A stretch of DNA of 64,000 bases from Sulfuritalea sp. Lineage in GTDB: Bacteria; Pseudomonadota; Gammaproteobacteria; Burkholderiales; Rhodocyclaceae. Where the stretch lies: assembly GCA_023229545.1 (NCBI GenBank), contig JALNZB010000005.1:23281-87280 (forward strand), written 5' to 3'. Below, piece by piece: positions 56,084 through 64,000 of the stretch. Position numbers and translations under genes: made by a program. Every line of letters starts with the position of its first letter. Within the stretch, counting starts at the first letter, position 1. The notes under the pieces are model-generated. The model did not search any database and was not told where the DNA came from. It saw only the letters and a program-made list of their open reading frames with translations.

Positions 56084-57439
56084 ATGGGACGCAAGTATTT
56101 CGGCACCGACGGTATTCGCGGTCGCGTCGGGCGGACACCGATCACCCCGGATTTTGTCATGCGCCTGGGTTTTGCGGCGGGTTCCGCGTTGGTGGCGAAG
56201 GACGGGCTGCCGGCCAACGAGCGACCGGCGGTGCTGATCGGCAAGGACACCCGCATTTCCGGCTACATGCTGGAAGCTTCGCTGGAGGCGGGATTTTCCG
56301 CAGCCGGTGTCGATGTGATGCTGTGCGGGCCGATGCCGACTCCCGCCGTTGCCTACCTGACGCGCGCTTTGCGCTTGCAGGCGGGCGTGGTGATTTCCGC
56401 CTCGCACAATCCCTACGACGACAACGGCATCAAGTTTTTTTCGGCGCAGGGCACCAAGCTGGCCGATGCGGTGGAGCGAGAGATCGAAGCGCTGCTCGAT
56501 CAGCCGATGACCTGCATGGACTCGGTTAGGCTTGGCAAGGCGCGTCGCGTCGATGACGCCGCTGGTCGCTACATCGAATTCTGCAAGAGCACCTTTCCCA
56601 ATGACCTCGATTTGCGCGGCCTCAAGATCGTGGTGGACAGCGCTCATGGCGCGGCCTATCACGTCGCGCCCAGCGTTTTCCATGAACTCGGCGCCGAGAT
56701 AGTCGGCGTTGGCGACACGCCGAATGGACTCAACATCAACCACGAGGTCGGCGCCACCGCGCCCGAGGCGCTGCGTCGCGCCGTGCTCGACGCCCGCGCC
56801 GACTGCGGCATCGCGCTCGACGGCGACGGCGACCGGCTGATCATGGTCGATGCGGCAGGCGCCCTCTACGACGGCGATCAACTGCTCTACGTCATCGCCC
56901 GCCATCGCGCGCTCGGTCGGCCCCTGGCAGGCGTGGCCGGCACGCAAATGAGCAACCTCGGCTTCGAGCACGCGCTGGCGCGGCTTGGCATCGCTTGCGG
57001 TCGCGCCAGGGTGGGCGATCGTTATGTGCTGGAAATGATGCAGGAGAAGGGCTGGCTGCTGGGCGGCGAAAACTCCGGACACATTATCTGTCTCGACCGC
57101 CACACCACGGGTGACGGCATCATTGCCGCGTTGCAAGTGCTGGCGGCGCTGCGTGCGAGCAACGAAACCCTGAGTGAGGCCTGCGCCGACCTGACGCTGT
57201 ATCCGCAAAAGCTGATCAACGTGCGCATGCCCGCCGGATTCGACTGGGCCGCCGACGCCGGTATCCGCTCGGCGGTGAAAGCCGCCGAGGCGACGCTCGA
57301 CGGTGGCGGGCGCGTGCTATTGCGTCCCTCCGGCACCGAGCCGCTGCTGCGGGTGATGGTGGAGGGGCGCGAAGCCGTTCTCGTAACAGGGCAGGCCGAG
57401 GCCATCGCCGCAGCCGTGCGGCAGGCCTTCGGCGAGTAG
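56084..57439 (+). CDS. glmM: Phosphoglucosamine mutase
   Basis: [37 protein letters not shown]. Confidence 0.96.
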   Translation: MGRKYFGTDGIRGRVGRTPITPDFVMRLGFAAGSALVAKDGLPANERPAVLIGKDTRISGYMLEASLEAGFSAAGVDVMLCGPMPTPAVAYLTRALRLQAGVVISASHNPYDDNGIKFFSAQGTKLADAVEREIEALLDQPMTCMDSVRLGKARRVDDAAGRYIEFCKSTFPNDLDLRGLKIVVDSAHGAAYHVAPSVFHELGAEIVGVGDTPNGLNINHEVGATAPEALRRAVLDARADCGIALDGDGDRLIMVDAAGALYDGDQLLYVIARHRALGRPLAGVAGTQMSNLGFEHALARLGIACGRARVGDRYVLEMMQEKGWLLGGENSGHIICLDRHTTGDGIIAALQVLAALRASNETLSEACADLTLYPQKLINVRMPAGFDWAADAGIRSAVKAAEATLDGGGRVLLRPSGTEPLLRVMVEGREAVLVTGQAEAIAAAVRQAFGE

Positions 57440-57506
57440 CGACGGCGCGGTTTTCGGAAAATAGTACGTTGTTTCTTTTCAGGAAAAATCTCAAAACTTA
57501 AATTTC

Positions 57507-57520
57507 TTGACTCATATCAA
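57507..57520. promoter_or_regulatory. FNR/DNR/NnrR-type binding site
   Basis: TTGAC-TCAT-ATCAA (consensus TTGAT-N4-ATCAA, 1 mismatch), about 120 nt upstream of the octaheme gene. Confidence 0.65.
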
Positions 57521-57640
57521 TTAAATATTTTCCACAGGTACCGATAATGGATATCGTACTGTAGCTTTCGATCAGAAATCTCATTGACTTAAGCAGGCAT
57601 GGCAGGCGTTGTCCAACCGAAACAATATCAGGGAGCCCAA

Positions 57641-59134
57641 ATGAAATCTCTAAGCAAGCTGGCGAAAGGATGGATGTTTATCCTTTCCGTGTTCGCCTTG
57701 ACTGCGGTCAATGCCGCCACAACGCCTCCGGCAAAGTCCAAGGCAGATGTCCAGATCGGACAAATGTGCGTGGAATGCCACACCAAGGAGAGTCCCGGCA
57801 TTGTCACCGACTGGAAAAAGAGCGCCCACGCCGGCAAGAAGGTAGATTGCTACGACTGCCACAAAGCCAAGGAGGGCGACAAGGGTGTTGTCAAGCACGA
57901 GAAGGACAAGGCCGGCAAGCCGCTGTTCATCTCGACCATCGTCTCGCCCAAGGCCTGCGCCACCTGCCATGAAAAGGAAGTAGCGCAGCAGCAACGCTCC
58001 CACCATGCCAAGGCCGGCCAGATTCTCGCGTCCCTCGACAACATCATGGGCGAAGTCATCGGCGGCCCCGCCGCAGTGAACGCCGGATGCCTGCAATGTC
58101 ACGGCGGCGCGGTCAAGATCGACCCCGTATCCGGCGAAGCGACCCCCGAAACCTGGCCCAACACCGGCATCGGTCGGTTGAATCCGGACGGCAGCCGCGG
58201 TTCCTGCTCGGCCTGTCACGCCCGGCATCGCTTCTCCGCTGCCCAGGCGCGCACGCCGGACACCTGCGGCAAATGCCACCTCGGCCCTGACCATCCGCAA
58301 ATGGAGGTCTATAACGAGTCCAAGCACGGCATCCTCTACCGGGCAAACGTCGGCGAAATGAAGCTGGACAAGAAGAAATGGGTTGCCGGCGTCGATTACT
58401 CGGCCGCTCCGACCTGCGCCACCTGCCACATGAGCGCCACCCGCACCCAGGGCGTCACCCATGATGTCGGCGAGCGGATTTCCTGGACGTTGCGTCCGCC
58501 GATTTCCACCAAGCTCAACATGGTGCGGCTGTCCAACGGCGACGAGTTCGACCAGCCGGAAGGCAAGCCCCTGCCCAAGGTGGGCGATGAGGTCAAGGGC
58601 GCCAAGGTGACCGAGATCCTGACCTGGGAAGACCGGCGCAAGAAGATGACCAACGTCTGCTACGCCTGCCACGGCTCCAACATCATCAGCGGCCACTACA
58701 AGCAGTTCGACGACGTGGTGAACCTCTACAACGAGAAGTTCGCCAAACCCATCGCCGCCTCCATGAAGGAACTGACGGCCAAGGGTTACATCACCGCCGC
58801 GCCGTTCGACGACAAGATCGAATGGACCTGGTGGGAAATCTGGCACCACGAAGGCCGTCGTGCCCGCCATGGCGCCTCCATGATGGGTCCGGACTACACC
58901 TGGTGGCATGGCATGTACGAAGTCGCGCAGCACACCTACTTCAAGTGGATTCCGGAAATGCGCGCCGCCGTACTCAAGAAGGACGGCAACGAAAAGGCCG
59001 CCGAAGAGATCCTGGCGAAGTATTTCAAGCCCATCGACGGTCATGACTGGTACTTCAACGGCATCAGCAAGGATGCGGTCGAGAAGGTTCGCAAGGGCTT
59101 CGAGGAGCGCTACGGCAAGGGCTCGCTGAAGTAA
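57641..59134 (+). CDS. Octaheme cytochrome c, hydroxylamine oxidoreductase (HAO) family, probably reductive epsilon-Hao type
   Basis: Sec-type signal peptide; 8 CxxCH (CVECH, CYDCH, CATCH, CLQCH, CSACH, CGKCH, CATCH, CYACH); CHLGPDHPQ.E.Y.ESKHG and GASMMGPDYTWWHG family motifs; GGAG RBS before ATG 57641. Confidence 0.85.
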   Translation: MKSLSKLAKGWMFILSVFALTAVNAATTPPAKSKADVQIGQMCVECHTKESPGIVTDWKKSAHAGKKVDCYDCHKAKEGDKGVVKHEKDKAGKPLFISTIVSPKACATCHEKEVAQQQRSHHAKAGQILASLDNIMGEVIGGPAAVNAGCLQCHGGAVKIDPVSGEATPETWPNTGIGRLNPDGSRGSCSACHARHRFSAAQARTPDTCGKCHLGPDHPQMEVYNESKHGILYRANVGEMKLDKKKWVAGVDYSAAPTCATCHMSATRTQGVTHDVGERISWTLRPPISTKLNMVRLSNGDEFDQPEGKPLPKVGDEVKGAKVTEILTWEDRRKKMTNVCYACHGSNIISGHYKQFDDVVNLYNEKFAKPIAASMKELTAKGYITAAPFDDKIEWTWWEIWHHEGRRARHGASMMGPDYTWWHGMYEVAQHTYFKWIPEMRAAVLKKDGNEKAAEEILAKYFKPIDGHDWYFNGISKDAVEKVRKGFEERYGKGSLK

Positions 59135-59145
59135 GGCGTCATCGC

Positions 59146-59174
59146 GAAGGCCCCCCGTGAAACCGGGGGCCTTC
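59146..59174 (+). other. Intercistronic GC-rich stem-loop without a U-tract
   Basis: GAAGGCCCCC...GGGGGCCTTC 10-bp stem right after the octaheme gene stop. Confidence 0.55.
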
Positions 59175-59199
59175 CGTTCCTACATTCAAGGAAATTCCC

Positions 59200-59664
59200 A
59201 TGGGTCTCAAGATCGGAATTGCTTCAATCGCCCTCGCGGCGGCATTGTTTGGACAGGGTGCCTGGGCGGTCGATGCCGCCAAGCCTGCCGATGCCACGCT
59301 TATCGCCCAAGGCAACAAGCACTGGGAGGAAGGCCGGCTGGAGGATGCGCGCAAGAGCTTCGAGAAAGCGGTGGCAGCCAATCCGGGTTCGAAAGAGGCT
59401 CACATGAAACTGGCCGGCCTGCTGCTTTCCAATCGCAACTATGCCGCAGCCATCAAAACCTATCAACGAACCATCAGCCTCGACGGGAAAAACGCCAAGG
59501 CATGGATCGGACTGGGCATGGCCTATCTTCATGACGGACAGTCCGAACTGTCCCGCGCGGCCTTTGAGGAAGCGGTTCGCGTCGATCCCAGCCGCAAGAC
59601 GCAGTTGGCCCAGTTGATGACAAAGCCGGCCAGGCAAGAAGCGCCTGCGCACGTCGGCAAATGA
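59200..59664 (+). CDS. Exported tetratricopeptide repeat protein
   Basis: Signal peptide ending AWA; about 3 TPR units (GNKHW..GRLEDARKSFEKAV..NP; AAAIKTYQRTISLD.KNAKAW.GLG.AY). Confidence 0.8.
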   Translation: MGLKIGIASIALAAALFGQGAWAVDAAKPADATLIAQGNKHWEEGRLEDARKSFEKAVAANPGSKEAHMKLAGLLLSNRNYAAAIKTYQRTISLDGKNAKAWIGLGMAYLHDGQSELSRAAFEEAVRVDPSRKTQLAQLMTKPARQEAPAHVGK

Positions 59665-59909
59665 ATATCTCCAGCGCCATTATCCATACGCGAGCCAGCG
59701 GCATGGAACATCTGCGCGGCCAGCTCGAAACCATTGCCGGAGTTGAAGTCCATGCGGCTTCGGCAGAGGGCCGGTTCATCGTCAGCATCGAAAGCGCGGG
59801 TGACCAGGACACTGCGGACACTTTCGAGACGATCCAGAGACTTGACGGTGTGATGTCGGCATCGCTCGTGTATTCCCATTTTGAATCAGATCCTGATCAG
59901 GAAGTTTGA
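59661..59909 (+). CDS. napD: NapA signal-peptide chaperone NapD
   Basis: MNISSAII...AGVEVHA...GRFIVSIE...I..LDGV.SASLVYSHFE; directly upstream of napA. Confidence 0.9.
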   Translation: MNISSAIIHTRASGMEHLRGQLETIAGVEVHAASAEGRFIVSIESAGDQDTADTFETIQRLDGVMSASLVYSHFESDPDQEV

Positions 59910-59956
59910 ATTAAGGCCAATCTGCGGGTAAGGCCGCAATCACAAGGAGTTCTGCA

Positions 59957-62479
59957 ATGAAACTGACACGGCGTGAATTCATCAAAGCCAATGCTGTTGT
60001 TGCTGCCGCCGGCGTGGCGGGAATGGCGGTACCCGGCGCACAAGCCATCGCGCAATCCAGCGCCAAGGACGGCGTGCGCTGGGACAAGGGCGTATGTCGA
60101 TACTGCGGCACGGGCTGCGGCGTGTTGGTCGGCGTCAAGGACGGTCGCGTCGTCGCCACCCAGGGCGATCCGGATGCACCGGTAAACAAGGGCCTCGCCT
60201 GCGTCAAGGGTTACTTTCTGGCGAAGATCATGTACGGCAAGGACCGTCTGACCCAGCCGCTGCTGCGCATGAAAGATGGCAAGTTCGCCAAGGATGGCGA
60301 GTTCAAGCCGGTGTCGTGGAACGAAGCCTTCGATGTCATGGCGGACAAATGCAAGGCGACGCTGAAGGCCAAGGGGCCGACCGCAGTCGGCATGTTCGGC
60401 TCGGGCCAATGGACCATCTGGGAAGGTTATGCCGCCGCCAAGTTGTTCAAGGCCGGCTTCCGCTCCAACAATCTGGACCCCAATGCCCGCCACTGCATGG
60501 CTTCCGCCGTGGTCGGCTTCATGCGCACCTTCGGCATCGACGAGCCGATGGGCTGCTACGACGACATGGAACATGCCGATGCCTTCGTGCTGTGGGGCTC
60601 GAACATGGCCGAGATGCACCCGATCCTGTGGTCGCGCATCACCGACCGCCGCCTCACCGGCAAGCATGTACGCATCAACGTGCTGTCCACCTTCAGTCAC
60701 CGCACCACCGAGATGGCGGACAGCGAACTGATTTTCAAGCCGCAGTCGGACCTAGCGATCCTGAATTACATCTGCAACCACATCATCCAGAGTGGCGCGG
60801 TGAATGAGGACTTCGTCAAGAAACATGTGAACTTCGCCAAGGGCGTCACCGACATCGGCTACGGCCTGCGTCCCAACCATCCGCTCGAACAGGCGGCCGG
60901 CAACAACGGCTACCCCGGCGCCGACGGCAAGCCCAAGGGCGACCCGATGAAGGCCGCGCCGATGAGCTTCGCCGATTTCAAGGCCTTCGTCGCCGAATAC
61001 ACGCTGGACAAGGCGCACGAGATTTCCGGCGTGCCGAAGGACAAGCTGGAGGCGCTGGCCAAGGCCTATGCCGACCCCAAGACCAAAGTCATGTCGCTGT
61101 GGACCATGGGTTTCAACCAGCACTCGCGCGGCACCTGGGTGAACAACATGATCTACAACGTCCACCTGCTGGTGGGCAAGATCTCCGAACCCGGCAACGG
61201 CCCGTTCTCGCTGACCGGCCAACCCTCGGCCTGCGGCACGGCGCGCGAGGTCGGCACTTTTGCCCACCGTCTGCCGGCCGACATGGTGGTGATGAATCCC
61301 AAGCACCGCGAGTTCGCCGAGAAACAATGGAAGCTGCCGGCCGGCACCATTCCCGACAAGCCCGGCTTCCATGCCGTGCTGCAAAGCCGCATGCTGAAGG
61401 ATGGCAAGCTCAACTTCTACTGGACCAGCACCACCAACAACATGCAGGCCGGGCCGAACATCAACGGCGAGACCTATCCCGGCTTCCGCAATCCGGCAAA
61501 CTTCATTGTCGTTTCCGACTGCTATCCGACGGTGACGGCGATGGCGGCCGACCTGATCCTGCCTTCGGCAATGTGGATGGAGAAGGAAGGCGCTTTCGGC
61601 AACGCCGAGCGGCGCACCCAGTTCTGGCGCCAGCAGGTCAAGGCGCCGGGCGAAGCCAGGTCCGACCTGTGGCAGTACGTCGAATTTTCCAAGCGCTTCA
61701 AGGTCGAGGACGTGTGGCCGGCCGAATTGCTGGCCAAGATGCCGGAGCACAAGGGCAAGACCTTGTACGACGTGCTCTATGCCAACGGCCAGATCAACAA
61801 GTTCCCGCTGAAGGACACCGCGCAGGGCTTCGACAACGACGAATCGAAGGGACTCGGCTACTACCTGCAAAAGGGTTTGTTCGAGGAATACGCCGCCTTC
61901 GGCCGCGGCCACGCGCATGACCTCGCGCCGTTCGACACTTACCACAAGGCGCGCGGCCTGCGCTGGCCGGTGGTGGAGGGCAAGGAGACCCTGTGGCGCT
62001 TCCGCGAAGGCTACGACCCCTATGTGAAGAAGGGCGAGGGCGTGCGCTTCTACGGCAAACCCGACGGCAAGGCGGTGATCTTCGCCCTGCCCTGGCAGCC
62101 TGCCGCCGAAATGCCTGACAAGGACTACGACCTCTGGCTATGCACCGGTCGCGTGCTGGAGCACTGGCATACCGGCAGCATGACGCGGCGCGTGCCCGAG
62201 CTTTACCGCGCCATGCCGGACGCCTGGATCTACATGCATCCCGAAGACGCCAAGAAGCGCGGTCTGGCGCGCGGCGACACGGTCAAGGTGGCCACGCGGC
62301 GCGGCGAAATCTCCACCCGCGTCGAAACCAGCGGTCGCAACAAACCGCCGCAGGGCCTGGTCTTCGTGCCTTTCTTCGACGAAATGCGCCTGGTCAACAA
62401 GCTCACCCTGGATGCCACCTGCCCGCTCTCGAAAGAGACCGACTTCAAGAAGTGCGCATGCAAGGTGGTGAAGGCCTGA
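59957..62479 (+). CDS. napA: Periplasmic nitrate reductase catalytic subunit
   Basis: Tat signal TRREFIK; CRYCGTGC [4Fe-4S]; [11 protein letters not shown]; ARHCMASAV; [14 protein letters not shown]; [12 protein letters not shown]. Confidence 0.97.
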   Translation: MKLTRREFIKANAVVAAAGVAGMAVPGAQAIAQSSAKDGVRWDKGVCRYCGTGCGVLVGVKDGRVVATQGDPDAPVNKGLACVKGYFLAKIMYGKDRLTQPLLRMKDGKFAKDGEFKPVSWNEAFDVMADKCKATLKAKGPTAVGMFGSGQWTIWEGYAAAKLFKAGFRSNNLDPNARHCMASAVVGFMRTFGIDEPMGCYDDMEHADAFVLWGSNMAEMHPILWSRITDRRLTGKHVRINVLSTFSHRTTEMADSELIFKPQSDLAILNYICNHIIQSGAVNEDFVKKHVNFAKGVTDIGYGLRPNHPLEQAAGNNGYPGADGKPKGDPMKAAPMSFADFKAFVAEYTLDKAHEISGVPKDKLEALAKAYADPKTKVMSLWTMGFNQHSRGTWVNNMIYNVHLLVGKISEPGNGPFSLTGQPSACGTAREVGTFAHRLPADMVVMNPKHREFAEKQWKLPAGTIPDKPGFHAVLQSRMLKDGKLNFYWTSTTNNMQAGPNINGETYPGFRNPANFIVVSDCYPTVTAMAADLILPSAMWMEKEGAFGNAERRTQFWRQQVKAPGEARSDLWQYVEFSKRFKVEDVWPAELLAKMPEHKGKTLYDVLYANGQINKFPLKDTAQGFDNDESKGLGYYLQKGLFEEYAAFGRGHAHDLAPFDTYHKARGLRWPVVEGKETLWRFREGYDPYVKKGEGVRFYGKPDGKAVIFALPWQPAAEMPDKDYDLWLCTGRVLEHWHTGSMTRRVPELYRAMPDAWIYMHPEDAKKRGLARGDTVKVATRRGEISTRVETSGRNKPPQGLVFVPFFDEMRLVNKLTLDATCPLSKETDFKKCACKVVKA

Positions 62480-62560
62480 GGCCGGCGTGACTGGAACGGC
62501 GAATATTTCCGCCATTACGTCGCGCTGCCTTGCCAGCCATGTCCAGCATTCCAACAGGGT

Positions 62561-63337
62561 ATGAACACTCCTTTCCGCCGCCAGTTCCTGGTCGATGCCG
62601 CTCGCATGGCATGCGGCGTCGGCCTGTTGGGATTGGGACTCGGGCTCTATGTCAAGCAGGCGAAAGCGCTGCCGCCGGTGGCGTTTCGCCCGCCGGGCGC
62701 CGGGGCGGAGCAGGATTTTCTTGGGGCCTGCATTCGCTGCGGCCTCTGCGTGCGCGATTGTCCACCGCAGATACTGGCGCTGGCGAAACCCGAGCAGGCT
62801 GTCGCCACCGGCACGCCCTATTTCATCGCCCGCAGCGGGGCTTGCGAGATGTGCGAAAACATCCCCTGCGTCAAGGCCTGCCCCACCGGCGCGCTCGATC
62901 ACAAGCTGACGGATATCGCCAAGGCGCGCATGGGTCTGGCCGTGCTGGTGGATCACGAGACCTGCCTCAATTTTCTCGGCATGCGCTGCGATGTCTGCTA
63001 TCGCGTCTGCCCGCTGCTCGACAAGGCGATCACCCTGGAACCGCGCCACAACGAGCGCACCGGCAAGCACACGATCTTCGAGCCCGTCGTGCATTCGGAG
63101 GCCTGCACCGGCTGCGGCAAGTGCGAGGCGGGTTGTGTGCTGCAAGTGGCGGCGATCAAGGTCTACCCGACGCAACTCGCGAAAGGGGAACTCGGCAGCC
63201 ATTACCGGCTCGGCTGGGTGGAAAAGAAGAAGGCCGGCGGCAGTCTCGTCGCGCCGGAAATCGAACACCGCTACAACCTGCCCGAGGGAGTTACGTACGA
63301 GCACGGCAAGGGCTTGTCGAGCGAGGCGCCGCGATGA
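62561..63337 (+). CDS. napG: Ferredoxin-type protein NapG
   Basis: RRQFL signal; FRPPGA; [12 protein letters not shown]; [12 protein letters not shown]; C..CY..CP; CTGCGKCE..C. Confidence 0.93.
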   Translation: MNTPFRRQFLVDAARMACGVGLLGLGLGLYVKQAKALPPVAFRPPGAGAEQDFLGACIRCGLCVRDCPPQILALAKPEQAVATGTPYFIARSGACEMCENIPCVKACPTGALDHKLTDIAKARMGLAVLVDHETCLNFLGMRCDVCYRVCPLLDKAITLEPRHNERTGKHTIFEPVVHSEACTGCGKCEAGCVLQVAAIKVYPTQLAKGELGSHYRLGWVEKKKAGGSLVAPEIEHRYNLPEGVTYEHGKGLSSEAPR

Positions 63338-64000
63338 ATGCGAACTTGAGTACGAATTCGAGTACGAGTTTGAGTACCAACCGCATCGCGCACGCCGCCA
63401 TTGCCGCCAAGGGCAGGTGGAGCGCCCACAAGTGGCTGATCCTGCGCCGCGTCTCGCAGTTCGGAATCCTGGCGCTGTTCCTCGCCGGGCCGTGGTTCGG
63501 CCTCTGGATCGTCAAGGGCAACCTCAATTACAGCTACACGCTCGATCTGCTGCCGCTCACCGATCCCCATGTGCTGCTGCAAAGCCTGCTGGCCGGCCAC
63601 AGCCCGGAGAAAAACGCGCTGCTCGGCGCCGCCATCGTTGCAGCCTTTTACTTTCTCGTCGGCGGCCGGGTTTTCTGCGCCTGGGTATGCCCGCTCAATC
63701 CCGTCACCGATCTCGCAGCCTGGTTGCGCACTCGCCTGGGCATCAAGGGCGGCACCCATGTCTCACGCCATGCGCGGCTGTGGATTCTCGGCCTGACGCT
63801 GGTCCTGGCGCTGGCCACGGGCAGCATTGCCTGGGAACTTGTCAATCCCGTATCCATGCTCCACCGTGGCCTGTTCTTCGGCATCGGCCTGGCATGGACC
63901 GCGGTGCTGGCGGTATTCCTCTTCGATCTCGCGGTGATGAACCGTGGCTGGTGCGGCCATCTGTGTCCGGTCGGCGCCTTCTACAGCCTGCTCGGCCAGC
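63334..64000 (+). CDS. napH: Quinol dehydrogenase ferredoxin subunit NapH (runs off the right edge)
   Basis: Manual reading from ATG 63334: [20 protein letters not shown]...[34 protein letters not shown]. Confidence 0.92.
   Translation, partial: MNANLSTNSSTSLSTNRIAHAAIAAKGRWSAHKWLILRRVSQFGILALFLAGPWFGLWIVKGNLNYSYTLDLLPLTDPHVLLQSLLAGHSPEKNALLGAAIVAAFYFLVGGRVFCAWVCPLNPVTDLAAWLRTRLGIKGGTHVSRHARLWILGLTLVLALATGSIAWELVNPVSMLHRGLFFGIGLAWTAVLAVFLFDLAVMNRGWCGHLCPVGAFYSLLGQ

Noticed and set aside
53189-57208. 1339-aa minus-strand ORF
   Set aside because: Antisense shadow of ftsH-folP-glmM with no recognisable motifs; long stop-free antisense frames are expected in high-GC coding DNA.
57552-57572. ATCG...CGAT inverted repeat upstream of the hao-nap cluster as a ModE or NarL site
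   Set aside because: Lacks the TATAT half-sites and spacing of ModE boxes, and there is no convincing 7-2-7 NarL pair.
57641-59134. Octaheme protein as ONR/NrfA-type nitrite reductase or as nitrifier HAO
   Set aside because: No CxxCK active-site motif. No cycA/cycB or amo context, and the cross-link Tyr appears to be replaced.

Overview
GC-rich betaproteobacterial chromosome segment (gene order and protein style suggest Rhodocyclales/Sterolibacteriaceae-like; inference). It is mostly housekeeping: clpA-clpS, csp, rluE, sodB, xseA, exbBD-lpxK-trm112-kdsB-adk, murJ/rpsT, argDFG, ilvBNC-pssA-leuA, rpsP-rimM-trmD-rplS, folE2-dxs-ispA-xseB, carAB-greA, rlmE-ftsH-folP-glmM. I found no rRNA, tRNA, CRISPR array, integrase or transposase. 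The strongest signal is at the right end. An octaheme HAO-family cytochrome c (8 CxxCH, apparently of the reductive epsilon-Hao type without the cross-linking Tyr) and a periplasmic TPR protein form the first two genes of a napDAGH periplasmic nitrate reductase cluster, behind an FNR-type box. This is a candidate NrfA-independent nitrate/nitrite reduction module. Other accessory items: a DnaA-box cluster away from oriC; a convergent Sel1-repeat / J-domain gene pair between xseA and exbB; ATP-type and PPi-type phosphofructokinases beside a K+-independent H+-pyrophosphatase; a multi-lesion pyrF pseudogene; a Leu-rich leader/attenuator before leuA; a FimW-like PilZ-motif protein; and an ECF sigma module with a probable CTG start. 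All calls come from reading the sequence and recalled family motifs; no database searches were run.
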